A DNA stretch of 63,265 nt, filler included. It is 4 parts of 4 records of this genome, joined end to end, with 100 filler letters (N's around TTAATTAATTAA, not from the genome) between each part and the next. Parts side by side here need not be neighbours in the genome. Positions count along the whole stretch, not along the records: positions 1 to 28,839 come from SRR22947725_1388; 3 more parts are not named here. One strand, 5' to 3'. A model generated the notes under the pieces. It did not search any database and was not told the origin of the DNA. It saw only the letters and a program-made list of their open reading frames with translations. How positions within the stretch are numbered: position 1 is the stretch's first letter; every line of letters begins with the position of its first letter. Shown piece after piece: positions 10,401 to 20,047 of this stretch. The translations under genes and the position numbers were made by a program.

Positions 10401-10664
10401 TAAACCACTACCCGAAGCATATTCTGGAAACTCCAAAAAAGTCCTAGCTTCACCAGAAAGAGCTAAAAGCTGGTTTAAATCGTCAATAACCCTATCTAAT
10501 TCTACGGGATTTTCGACAACAACGACAACACCTTCCGCGCTCGCCAGAATCGCACTAAATATATAAAGTGCAGAGAGTTCCATATCTGAAAAATTGATAT
10601 TTTCATCAACTTCGGACTTGAGCTCTGACAATAATTTTGTTATTTTTTTATTAAAAGGCGACAT
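7494..10664 (-). CDS. mfd: Transcription-repair coupling factor
   Basis: [66 protein letters not shown]. Confidence 0.97.
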   Translation of the reverse strand: [1056 protein letters not shown]

Positions 10665-10792
10665 ACAAATAAAATGGGTTTGACTGATAGAAGTGATGCC
10701 CTATATTATTGGCCCTTTTCATATATAAGTAAATATGATTAAAATAAATAATTGTTGGAAATGATTCAGAATTCATAAATGGAGACAGCTTA

Positions 10793-10987
10793 GTGCCATC
10801 TGAAGTACAGACTAAAAGAGGCGAGCCAATCGATAAGGCTCTTAGAAGACTTAAAAAGAAACTAGACCGTGAAGGTGTTCTTAGAGAACTCCGCAACAGA
10901 CGCCACTACGAAAAGCCAAGTGAAATCAAGCGTCGCGAAGATAAGAGACTGGCTAAGCGCATTGCTAAAGAAAGACATCTTCGTTAG
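10793..10987 (+). CDS. rpsU: 30S ribosomal protein S21
   Basis: [10 protein letters not shown]...[12 protein letters not shown] start with GGAG upstream. Confidence 0.95.
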   Translation: MPSEVQTKRGEPIDKALRRLKKKLDREGVLRELRNRRHYEKPSEIKRREDKRLAKRIAKERHLR

Positions 10988-11040
10988 TCCCAGACTAACC
11001 TTTAGCTGAGTCAAGTCCAACACTTGCTTTAAGATTTCTA

Positions 11041-11072
11041 CCGAATCCCATATATTTGGGGTTCGGCTTTTT
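11041..11072 (+). terminator. Intrinsic terminator after rpsU
   Basis: ccgaatccca-tatatt-tggggttcgg stem (one G-U pair) followed by cttttt. Confidence 0.7.
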
Positions 11073-11076
11073 GTGT

Positions 11077-12144
11077 TTATGAAGTTCCACCAGATATAGC
11101 TTTAACAAAAAGCTCCAAGTAACGCCAAACCCCACTACCGCCATTAAGTGTAACAGCCCAATCTGAAATAAAAAATAATAAAGCTACTGCGACCATACTG
11201 TAGGAATAATAAGTAAAAACTTTACTTTTTTTCTTCCTCGCCTTTAGTCGCTGAAGAGCCCTCGCACGTCTCTTCTTATCCAAACTATAAGACTTTTTAT
11301 TTCCGGACTTAGATCTACCTGCTAACAAAGCCTCTATTTCGGCTATAATCTCCCCCCAATTAGCAAATCTATTCTGCGGGGACTTCTCAAGTAATTTACT
11401 TACAAACTCAGATACTGCCGCTGGCATCTTAGCATACACTCCGACATCTATAACCGCCTTACCTAAGTGCTGCTGCAAAATCAACCGATAATCATTACCC
11501 TCAAAAACAGGCTTACCTGAAAGCATATGGTAAAGAGTCGCTCCGAAACTATAGATATCTGCCCTAAAGTCACCGACCTGCCAAGTTCCATTAATAACTT
11601 CTGGAGCTGCATAATAAGGCGTTAGCATAATATCCTGATTCTTGACTTCACCCCCCAAACAAGCCAAACCTAAATCTGCCAGCTTCACTTCGCCCTTATG
11701 AGTAATAACAATATTAGCCGGCTTTATATCTCCATGTGTCAGCGCACGAGTTCGGACACCATAATCAAGAGCTTCGGCAATCTTCTTTAACCACTCTAAA
11801 CTTTGTCTCCAAGGCAGCTTTCCATGCTCTTTAATCTTCATTGAGACATCTTCGCCTTCGACCAACTCCATAGAAAAATAAAAATGGTCCGAATCGGCAT
11901 GACCGACATCATAAGCTCTTATAATATTGGGATGAGTTAATTGAGCTACTGTCTGAGCTTCGTGAAAAAACATATCTACATAGGATTTATCACGCGCTAA
12001 CTCTTCAGACAAAACCTTTAAAGCCACAGCTCGCTTCAAGCTCTCCTGAATGGCATAAAAAACCTTCCCCGTATTACCGTGCCCTATTTCACAAATTAGT
12101 TCGTACCCGCCCAATTGAATCTTATCAATAACATCCGTCGTCAT
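11077..12144 (-). CDS. Hanks-type Ser/Thr kinase (non-RD) with C-terminal TM anchor
   Basis: IGHGNTGKV, VALK, HGDIKPAN, DLG, YAAPE, DIYSFG; basic linker then hydrophobic helix. Confidence 0.9.
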   Translation of the reverse strand: MTTDVIDKIQLGGYELICEIGHGNTGKVFYAIQESLKRAVALKVLSEELARDKSYVDMFFHEAQTVAQLTHPNIIRAYDVGHADSDHFYFSMELVEGEDVSMKIKEHGKLPWRQSLEWLKKIAEALDYGVRTRALTHGDIKPANIVITHKGEVKLADLGLACLGGEVKNQDIMLTPYYAAPEVINGTWQVGDFRADIYSFGATLYHMLSGKPVFEGNDYRLILQQHLGKAVIDVGVYAKMPAAVSEFVSKLLEKSPQNRFANWGEIIAEIEALLAGRSKSGNKKSYSLDKKRRARALQRLKARKKKSKVFTYYSYSMVAVALLFFISDWAVTLNGGSGVWRYLELFVKAISGGTS

Positions 12145-12327
12145 ACGCCACCTCAATTCTGTTCCATCAAAAAGGATACGGAATTAAAGCCCTAACTCTT
12201 ACAGATTTGCAACAGAAAACACCAACTAAATGAACTTTTTAGACTTTCTTTCACTTTTCTGTAAACTCTTACGAGAGAAGATGCTTCGCCACAAGATTAT
12301 TTCCTTTTATCGACAGCTCTCAAGGAC

Positions 12328-13182
12328 TTAGAGAAGGTCTTTTTGAACAATCTGCCCAGGAAGCGTTGTTGCCTTAGGCCAAACTTTTCGGCCAGGATAA
12401 AAAGAAGTATTTATCCCAGTATGAACACCGTCACCTATAACGACACCAAATTTTCGACGGCCAGTATCCACCAGCTCACCATCTACGACCGACCTGTGAT
12501 TTGAACCATCATGTCTTAAATTAGACGTTGTTGTTCCTGCACCTAAATTGACGCCAGAGCCCAAAACGGAATCGCCTACATAAGATAAATGTCCAACATT
12601 TGTCTTATTCATTATAAGGCAATTTTTTATTTCGACAGACTGACCGATATGACAATTATCGCCGATAAAAGTATTGCCGCGAATATAGCAATTCGGACCG
12701 ATCTTACAATTGTCACCAATTATGACATTACCCTCAATAAAGACTCCAGGTAATATGCGTGTGCCTTCACCAACAATAATATGCCCTTGAGCTTCTGCTG
12801 CGGCACTCATCTCGCCATTAATTTCCGATTCTGTTAAACCAGAAATTAATTGCTCATTAACCTTTAATAAATCCCAAGAATAAACCACTTCAAATGAACC
12901 TACAGCTTCACGATCATCCTCTAATTGGGACAAATCTTCTTTAGTAAAAGAAGCTAAAACAACAGTTCCACTGACTAACTTATCCAATTCCATTATATTC
13001 GCGACATCCTTAATGGAAATCCAAGCATTAGAGCGAACATAAAGTGTTTTTGTTAACTTAAGGGTCGATAAAATCTCTTCTTGCCATTGCCGAAACGTCT
13101 TGCCTGCGACTAAACAATCCATCAAAGGTTTATCAGTTGTTAAGGGAGCAGCCTTATCCTCAAAATTAACAAACTCTATCAT
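12328..13182 (-). CDS. GlmU-like hexapeptide acetyltransferase with reduced N-terminal domain
   Basis: Hexapeptide repeats, HLSYVGDSVLG, NLGAGT, RRKFGVVIGD; coupled to glmM. Confidence 0.8.
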   Translation of the reverse strand: MIEFVNFEDKAAPLTTDKPLMDCLVAGKTFRQWQEEILSTLKLTKTLYVRSNAWISIKDVANIMELDKLVSGTVVLASFTKEDLSQLEDDREAVGSFEVVYSWDLLKVNEQLISGLTESEINGEMSAAAEAQGHIIVGEGTRILPGVFIEGNVIIGDNCKIGPNCYIRGNTFIGDNCHIGQSVEIKNCLIMNKTNVGHLSYVGDSVLGSGVNLGAGTTTSNLRHDGSNHRSVVDGELVDTGRRKFGVVIGDGVHTGINTSFYPGRKVWPKATTLPGQIVQKDLL

Positions 13183-14528
13183 TAACCAAGCTCCTGCTTA
13201 ATAGCCGCGACAAACTCATCTGTCCAGAAATCAACATCTCCCTGGCTCTCGGCTTCAATTAAAACACGGAGCTTACTCTCTGTACCGGAATAACGCAGCA
13301 CACAACGGCCTGTATTCCCCAGCCCCGCCTCACACTCCTTCAAAGTCTTTTGAACTAGGTCTAGAGACTCCAAAGGTGGCTTACTACTAACTGGCAAATT
13401 CGTCAATTGCTGCGGAAAAACATCCATGCACTCTGCTAATTGAGCCAAGGTTTTTCCCGTGCGCTTCATAAGACATAGCACCATGAGACCACCAAGAGCG
13501 CCATCCCCTGTCGAAGCAAAATCTTTAAATATAATATGGCCGGACTGTTCTCCACCTAATACAAAGTTGCCCTCGCGCATGGCCTCTATAACATATCGAT
13601 CACCCACACCAGTCACAACAACATTAATCCCTGCGGCTTCCATAGCTTTATGCAAACCAAGGTTTGTCATTGAAGTAACGACAACCGTATTATTCTTTAG
13701 CTCACCACGCTCTTTCAAGTCCAAAGCACACATGGCAATGATTTTGTCGCCATCAACAATATTGCCTTTTGCGTCACAAAAAATAACCCGGTCTGCATCG
13801 CCATCAAAAGCAATACCACAATCTGCGTTATGAGCCCTCACTAAAGAAGACATCTTTTCTGGATACAAAGCACCACATTCTAAATTGATATTTAAGCCAT
13901 CTGGAGAAGTATTCACTTTAACCACTTCAACACCAAGCTCTTTAAATATTAGGGGATTCAAAAAGTAACCCGCCCCATTCGCACAATCCAAAACGACTTT
14001 AAGTCCCCTTAAATTCTGAGAATCAATACTAGATTTAGTTTTTTCAATATAGCGGCCACCAGCATCATCTATACGATATGCCTTACCCATCTTACTTGGG
14101 TCTTCAGGATTAATATCCTCATCAGACAATAAAATATCCTCAATTTTTTGCTCGACGTCATCAGGTAATTTAAAACCCGATCCATCAAAAATTTTGATAC
14201 CATTATCTTCTGCCGGATTATGTGATGCCGTAATCATAATACCGACATCAGCAATCATTGACTTTGCTAAAAGTGCAACTGCAGGAGTCGGCATAGGGCC
14301 AACCATATAGACATCCATGCCCATACTAATCATACCACTAGTCAAAGCCGTCTCAAGCATATAACCTGAGAGCCGAGTATCCTTACCGATTATAGCTAAA
14401 GTCTTTCCTTTACCCTTAGCTCCAAATGCAGCAGCAATGGCTTTACCAAGGCGTAATGCCAGATCTGGATTAATAGGGTAGACATTTGCCTTGCCGCGAA
14501 TTCCATCTGTACCAAAAAGTTTTCCCAT
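13182..14528 (-). CDS. glmM: Phosphoglucosamine mutase
   Basis: LFGTDGIRG, ITASHNP, FDGDADR, GGEQSGH, RYSGTE. Confidence 0.96.
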   Translation of the reverse strand: MGKLFGTDGIRGKANVYPINPDLALRLGKAIAAAFGAKGKGKTLAIIGKDTRLSGYMLETALTSGMISMGMDVYMVGPMPTPAVALLAKSMIADVGIMITASHNPAEDNGIKIFDGSGFKLPDDVEQKIEDILLSDEDINPEDPSKMGKAYRIDDAGGRYIEKTKSSIDSQNLRGLKVVLDCANGAGYFLNPLIFKELGVEVVKVNTSPDGLNINLECGALYPEKMSSLVRAHNADCGIAFDGDADRVIFCDAKGNIVDGDKIIAMCALDLKERGELKNNTVVVTSMTNLGLHKAMEAAGINVVVTGVGDRYVIEAMREGNFVLGGEQSGHIIFKDFASTGDGALGGLMVLCLMKRTGKTLAQLAECMDVFPQQLTNLPVSSKPPLESLDLVQKTLKECEAGLGNTGRCVLRYSGTESKLRVLIEAESQGDVDFWTDEFVAAIKQELG

Positions 14529-14538
14529 AAATCTAAAC

Positions 14539-14916
14539 CTACCTAAATGAAGCGTTATCTAAAGGCTCTACTCTGAAATGGAAGTCCACTTTACGACCTC
14601 CAACATCTAAAGAAATCATCGTATTGAGACGAGTTAAGAGTAAACGATAAGGTATTTTCACTTCTCCATTAAGAGTCGTCACCCCAACATTACAGTCACC
14701 CAATATTTCTTCTGCATCCTGAACTGCTAATAATAATTTTCGCAACTTTTCTAGCTTAGAAATAAAAGCATCATCTTTGAATTCATATTGCCGGTGACAG
14801 CAAGGGCACTTTAGCAAGCCCTTATCTTCCTTGAGCTGCATAAGGTTAAATTGAATTACTTCAGTACAGTCATCTTCCATACAACTGAAGTCTATAATAG
14901 CTCTCATCTTGTTCAT
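14539..14916 (-). CDS. Small hypothetical protein with putative Zn-binding Cys pairs
   Basis: CMEDDC...CPCC; 10 bp upstream of glmM on the same strand. Confidence 0.6.
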   Translation of the reverse strand: MNKMRAIIDFSCMEDDCTEVIQFNLMQLKEDKGLLKCPCCHRQYEFKDDAFISKLEKLRKLLLAVQDAEEILGDCNVGVTTLNGEVKIPYRLLLTRLNTMISLDVGGRKVDFHFRVEPLDNASFR

Positions 14917-14997
14917 TTAGCAGAAATCCTCAACAATTGATTTTTTGCTAAACAAATTCGTTCCCTTTCAAGATTTTTCCACAAAAAGAATCACTTT

Positions 14998-15681
14998 TCA
15001 ATCAAAGTCTAGCCTAGAAGTTGGCCGGCTTGCCTGGAAACGCATTTCCATTCGACGCTGATGTAAATTTGATCGTTGAAACAAAGAAAACATAAGGTAC
15101 ATCAAACTCACCACAATAAAAACAACTGCTCCACCCATATTATTGACAATTTCCGAGACCAAATCTTCCGGATAGAACTTTAAGCGCTCTGGTAAAACAA
15201 TAGAATCTACCAATTGTACCAGCTCTCTTTCTGAGGAGCCCATTGATTCACCATGAGCCAATTGCTTATGAAACGCTAAACAACCAAATGAAGTCAATTT
15301 CATCTTTGAAAGTAAAAGGCTACCATCCTTCTTTTTCCAATGCATCGATAATACATAAGATTCAGGGTCATAATTTATCTTAACGAGATCACCAGTCTCA
15401 TATAGTCCTTCTTCTTCTTGCCAGTGTTTAGCAAACACCTCGAGTTTATCTGGAAGTCCTCTTAAATGCCACTGAGCCCACTTACGGTTACGGTAAAGCT
15501 GAACAAATAACTTTGGTTCCGAATCATCCCACAAGAAATACTCACGAAAGTCGGTGCGAACCGAAACTTTACGGAGCCAATCGTCAGGAACATCATAACG
15601 AATATAGTCATCTCCGTAAGAAATCACTTCTCCATGCAGGGGTAATACCGTCAGTAAAAAATATATAATTAAATACTTCAT
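14998..15681 (-). CDS. Hypothetical exported protein with C-terminal TM
   Basis: N-terminal signal peptide; hydrophobic helix AVVFIVVSLMYLMFSLF. Confidence 0.55.
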   Translation of the reverse strand: MKYLIIYFLLTVLPLHGEVISYGDDYIRYDVPDDWLRKVSVRTDFREYFLWDDSEPKLFVQLYRNRKWAQWHLRGLPDKLEVFAKHWQEEEGLYETGDLVKINYDPESYVLSMHWKKKDGSLLLSKMKLTSFGCLAFHKQLAHGESMGSSERELVQLVDSIVLPERLKFYPEDLVSEIVNNMGGAVVFIVVSLMYLMFSLFQRSNLHQRRMEMRFQASRPTSRLDFD

Positions 15682-15833
15682 AAATGATTAAAAACGCAAA
15701 TGATATGCCAGCCTCAAAAACTCATATTAATTAAATGCCCAAAAAAAGCTCAATATTTTCATTAAAAGGACTGTATTAATCAGTTTTTTTTCATAAAATA
15801 AAGCTCAATTCTTAACTGTAAATTTCGGTTTAT

Positions 15834-16868
15834 ATGGAAATCTCTTTTAGATGCCCCTCATGTAGAGTAAAATTAGGCGTCGAAGTCAAGTATGCAGGCA
15901 GATCTATGTACTGCCCAAGATGTGAAGAAAAGGTCACTATACCCAATGCGGGTTTAGGCACTTGGACGACTCTTGGCGAATACCGCCTCCAAAAGGTTGT
16001 CGGTGAAGGTACTACTGGCTCTGTATACTTAGCTCAAGACCGGAATATGGAGCGTGAAGTAGCAGTCAAAGTCTTTAAGCCAGAGTTAACTAACGACCCG
16101 ATTTTTCTAAAGAAATTTCTTCATGAAATAAAAATTATTGCACGATTAGCACACCCCAATATTGTTACGGCCTACAAAGCCGGCCAAGATCACCAATATC
16201 ATTACCTTGTTATGGAGTACATCTCTGGCGGTACACTTGAGGATAGGGTTATCCGCCACGGTCACATAGATGAAAAGGATGCCCTCAAAATAACTTTATT
16301 GACTGCTCAAGCCCTCGATTATGCCTGGCATAAAGAAAAACTACTCCACCTTGATCTAAAGCCTGAGAATCTCATGCTCGACCAAAATGGCAGAGTTAAA
16401 ATTACCGACCTCGGTATCGCCAGATGCCTCAAAGACTTTGATTATGAGCATAACAATGAAATAACCGGCACACCAGCATTCATGAGCCCAGAACAAGCTT
16501 CAGGACAACACCCTCTCGATATCCGATCCGACCTCTTTTCTTTGGGAGGCACCCTCTACTTCATGCTGACTGGTGAGATGCCTTTTGGCACCGCGGATGT
16601 CAAAGAAACAATTAACAGAGTTAAGCAACAGAAGCTTACCAACCCTCAAGAGCATAACAACTTAATCTCTGACAATACCGTTCGCCTTATTAATAAAATG
16701 ATGGCCAAAGATAGAAGTTTTCGCCATCAGACTTGGGGTGAGCTCATACAACAACTCAAAGAAGAGTTAAAATCTGAGCCCCATGACAAGAAGCTTACTA
16801 TTCGCAAGCACCCTACAGAGCCACGCATTCGCTTAAAAACTTCAAAGCAAAAGAATGACAGCAACTGA
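15834..16868 (+). CDS. Zn-ribbon Ser/Thr kinase (soluble, non-RD)
   Basis: CPSC..CPRC N-terminus; VGEGTTGSV, VAVK, HLDLKPEN, DLG, GTPAFMSPEQ. Confidence 0.9.
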   Translation: MEISFRCPSCRVKLGVEVKYAGRSMYCPRCEEKVTIPNAGLGTWTTLGEYRLQKVVGEGTTGSVYLAQDRNMEREVAVKVFKPELTNDPIFLKKFLHEIKIIARLAHPNIVTAYKAGQDHQYHYLVMEYISGGTLEDRVIRHGHIDEKDALKITLLTAQALDYAWHKEKLLHLDLKPENLMLDQNGRVKITDLGIARCLKDFDYEHNNEITGTPAFMSPEQASGQHPLDIRSDLFSLGGTLYFMLTGEMPFGTADVKETINRVKQQKLTNPQEHNNLISDNTVRLINKMMAKDRSFRHQTWGELIQQLKEELKSEPHDKKLTIRKHPTEPRIRLKTSKQKNDSN

Positions 16869-16911
16869 TTTCTTAACTTTACACTTAGCGCTACCCGCAG
16901 TATCGTTACCT

Positions 16912-17523
16912 ATGGAAACGAAAGATACTAATAAAAATTTTGATCAAACAAAATACCATGAGCTAGAGATACTCAAAACTGTTGACGAAGATTCACAGCT
17001 AAACAATCGTAAGGCCGCCAACAAATTGGGCGTAAGTGTGAAATTGGCTCATACGACGCTCAACCGCATGGTTGAAAAGGGCTTACTTAACATAAAAAAA
17101 GAGAACTCTCGAAAGTGGCATTATTTCCTAACACCTCAAGGAATTCTTGAGAAAGCGAAATTAACTGTATCTTTTTTTGAATTTTCTATGCAGTTTTACA
17201 AAGAGGCACGAAAGCTGAGTGCTATGTTATGTAGAAAACTATCAGAGGAACAACAAAAGCGCGTCGTTTTGCTAGGGCATGGAGAATTAGCAGAGATCAC
17301 CTATCTTGGTATCCAGGAATGGAATCTTGATTTGGTAGATGTCATTTCAATCGACAATGAAGAAAAGAATTTCATGGGGCTAACAACAAAATCTATTAAC
17401 GAAAGTATCGCTGATCACGATGCTATGATTATTTGTACTTATGACCCAAGCCGACCAACTGGTGCACACTTCTTGCCTGATGGTGTTGTAAGTAACGACA
17501 AAATGCAATGGATTTTCCAATAG
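16912..17523 (+). CDS. MarR-type winged-helix regulator (EPS-associated type) with Rossmann-like C-terminus
   Basis: NRKAANKLGVSV...YFLTPQGILEKAKLT; VVLLGHGELAEI; start moved to ATG 16912. Confidence 0.75.
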   Translation: METKDTNKNFDQTKYHELEILKTVDEDSQLNNRKAANKLGVSVKLAHTTLNRMVEKGLLNIKKENSRKWHYFLTPQGILEKAKLTVSFFEFSMQFYKEARKLSAMLCRKLSEEQQKRVVLLGHGELAEITYLGIQEWNLDLVDVISIDNEEKNFMGLTTKSINESIADHDAMIICTYDPSRPTGAHFLPDGVVSNDKMQWIFQ

Positions 17524-17556
17524 ATAATAATTAACTTTGATGACTTTGGATAAAAT

Positions 17557-18951
17557 ATGACAGCTCTAATAATTGACGATGATCCAATAATACTGGAAAC
17601 AATTCCAGATTTACTAGAACTACTCGATTTTGACACTCAAGCTTTTAAGAATCCACTCGAAGGCCTCAAATATGTTGAAACTGAAAGACCAGAGCTCATC
17701 TTCTGTGACTTAAGTATGCCTCAAATGAGTGGGCTCGATGTCCTCAAAAAAGCCAAAGAACTTCACCCTGATGCAATTTTCATAGTCATGACTGGCTTCG
17801 CCAGTATAGAATCCGCCGTAAATGCCATGCGCATGGGAGCGGCAGATTACATACAAAAGCCTTTCACCATGGACCATCTTAGACTAATAGTCAAAAGAGC
17901 TCTTATGGAAAAACAACTGAGACAAGAAAATCGCGAACTAAAAGCAAAATTAACTGACAGATATAAATTTGACCATGTAATTGGCAAAAGTGCTGCCATG
18001 CAAAAAATATTTGCTCAAATTGAAAAAGTCGCGCCCACCAATGCGAGTGTTCTCATTCACGGAGAAAGCGGTACTGGCAAGGAAATGATTGCCAGAGCAA
18101 TACACGCGTATTCCCTCCGTAAAGAGAACCCTTTTGTCGGAGTCGACTGCGTCTCCATCCCAACCCACTTATTAGAAAGTGAACTCTTCGGCTATGAAAA
18201 AGGGGCCTTTACTGGAGCCAATGGCCGACGTTCCGGACTTTTTGAGTCTGCCGAAAAAGGCACATTCTTTATGGATGAAGTAACAGAAATCGACTATGAC
18301 GTTCAAGCAAAATTATTAAGAGTTCTGCAAGAAAGACAATTTCGAAGAGTTGGCGGCAGAGACTTAATCAATGTGGATACACGAGTATTAGCCGCCACCA
18401 AAAGAGATCCTCTCCAAGCAGTTCATGATAGAATTTTTAGAGAAGACCTCTACTACAGACTCAACGTAATTCCAATTGAACTACCGTCACTAAGAGAACG
18501 CAAAGAAGATATCCCTCTTCTTGTACAGCACTTTATGAAGGGGTCAGCTGCACTGACAAATTCAACAGAACAGGTTAAGATTGAAAGCGATGCTCTTAAT
18601 GCGCTTATTGGCTACGACTGGCCAGGTAACATTCGCGAATTAAAAAATATCATTGAACGCTTGTGCATCATGGCTTCTGACAGCATTATCACACTTGAAG
18701 ATATTCCCAATGAAATTCGAGGAGCCAAAACTAATTTCACCATGGACATATCGTGGGGTGATGAACTTTCCTTTAAAGACGCCAAAGAAAGATGGGTTGA
18801 ACACTTCGAAAAAGACTTTCTCGAAAAAGCACTCAAAAAACATAGCGGCAACATTTCTAAAGCAGCGGAAAACTGTGGTGTTAACCGCCGAACATTTCAT
18901 CGCTTAATGAGCAAATATGAACTCGGAAACTTTCGAGATTACCGCAACTAA
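17557..18951 (+). CDS. Sigma-54-dependent response regulator (NtrC/AtoC family)
   Basis: Receiver (DDD, CDLSMP, KPF), GESGTGKE, GAFTGA, FREDLYYRL, Fis-type HTH. Confidence 0.95.
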   Translation: MTALIIDDDPIILETIPDLLELLDFDTQAFKNPLEGLKYVETERPELIFCDLSMPQMSGLDVLKKAKELHPDAIFIVMTGFASIESAVNAMRMGAADYIQKPFTMDHLRLIVKRALMEKQLRQENRELKAKLTDRYKFDHVIGKSAAMQKIFAQIEKVAPTNASVLIHGESGTGKEMIARAIHAYSLRKENPFVGVDCVSIPTHLLESELFGYEKGAFTGANGRRSGLFESAEKGTFFMDEVTEIDYDVQAKLLRVLQERQFRRVGGRDLINVDTRVLAATKRDPLQAVHDRIFREDLYYRLNVIPIELPSLRERKEDIPLLVQHFMKGSAALTNSTEQVKIESDALNALIGYDWPGNIRELKNIIERLCIMASDSIITLEDIPNEIRGAKTNFTMDISWGDELSFKDAKERWVEHFEKDFLEKALKKHSGNISKAAENCGVNRRTFHRLMSKYELGNFRDYRN

Positions 18952-19049
18952 ACACCCATAGCTCAAACTATTATAAATTTAAGTTATTTTTATATGTAGC
19001 ATTCTCCCAAAATGATGAAATTTTAGGGGGAAATATATGGAGGTAATTT

Positions 19050-19616
19050 ATGAAATTTTTCTTAATAGGCGCTGCTGGATTTTTACTTTTTCTATTTATC
19101 GGTGGATGCGGCACAATAATGCTACACAACGGCTTAGTCACAGCCGAAGAAAGTGTAGATGAAAAATGGGCTGAAATAGACAATATGCTCAAACGCAGAG
19201 CTGACCTTATACCCAACTTAGTAGAAACCGTTAAAGGCTTTGCCGCTCAAGAAAAAGAAATTTTTATCGCAGTCGCCGAAGCACGTTCAAAACTAATTGG
19301 TGCGAAAGGAACTAAAGATAAAGCCAATGCTGCAGGAATGATGAATTCAGCACTTTCTAGGCTTCTCGCTATTTCTGAGAGGTATCCAGACCTAAAGTCC
19401 AACCAGAACTTCCTTCGGCTCCAAGATGAATTAGCCGGCACTGAAAACCGCATAGCAGTTGCAAGAACTCGCTATAACGATTCGGTCAAATCTTTTAATA
19501 GCAAAATTAGAAAGTTCCCCCACTCAATGATTGCAGGCTTCAAAGGCATGACCAAAAAAGACTACTTTGAAATCATCAACGAAGCTGATAAAGAAACACC
19601 TAGCGTAAAATTCTAA
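19050..19616 (+). CDS. lemA: LemA family protein
   Basis: RRADLIPNLVETVKG, ERYPDLKSNQNFLRLQDELAGTENRI. Confidence 0.93.
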   Translation: MKFFLIGAAGFLLFLFIGGCGTIMLHNGLVTAEESVDEKWAEIDNMLKRRADLIPNLVETVKGFAAQEKEIFIAVAEARSKLIGAKGTKDKANAAGMMNSALSRLLAISERYPDLKSNQNFLRLQDELAGTENRIAVARTRYNDSVKSFNSKIRKFPHSMIAGFKGMTKKDYFEIINEADKETPSVKF

Positions 19617-20047
19617 TGGCTAAATTCCTAACCCCACTAGTCAAAAAAACGCTATCTCTAGCTATTGCTCAAGCGGAGAAAATCACTTCTGCTGAAATTG
19701 CTGTATGTGTTTGCAAGAAAAGTAAAGGTGACACATACGCCGCAGCTCAAGAATTCTTTAACAAAAAAGAACTCTACAAAACCAAAGAGCGAAATGCCGT
19801 ATTAATCTTCTTAGCCTACAACGACAAAAAATTAGCCATCTTGGGTGATGAGGGCATAAATAATAAAGTCCCTGATAATTTCTGGAATGATACCATAATA
19901 CTGATTACCCAGCAATTTAAAAAAGGTGACTTTTCAGAGGGGCTCAAACAAGGAATCGATAAAATCGGCCAAGAACTAGCACAATACTTTCCATGGGACG
20001 AAAATGATGAAAATGAGATTGATAATGAAATACATATCCAAGACTAG
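19616..20047 (+). CDS. TPM domain protein
   Basis: AEKITSAEI.V, TKERNAVLIF, AILGDEGIN; lemA context. Confidence 0.85.
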   Translation: MAKFLTPLVKKTLSLAIAQAEKITSAEIAVCVCKKSKGDTYAAAQEFFNKKELYKTKERNAVLIFLAYNDKKLAILGDEGINNKVPDNFWNDTIILITQQFKKGDFSEGLKQGIDKIGQELAQYFPWDENDENEIDNEIHIQD

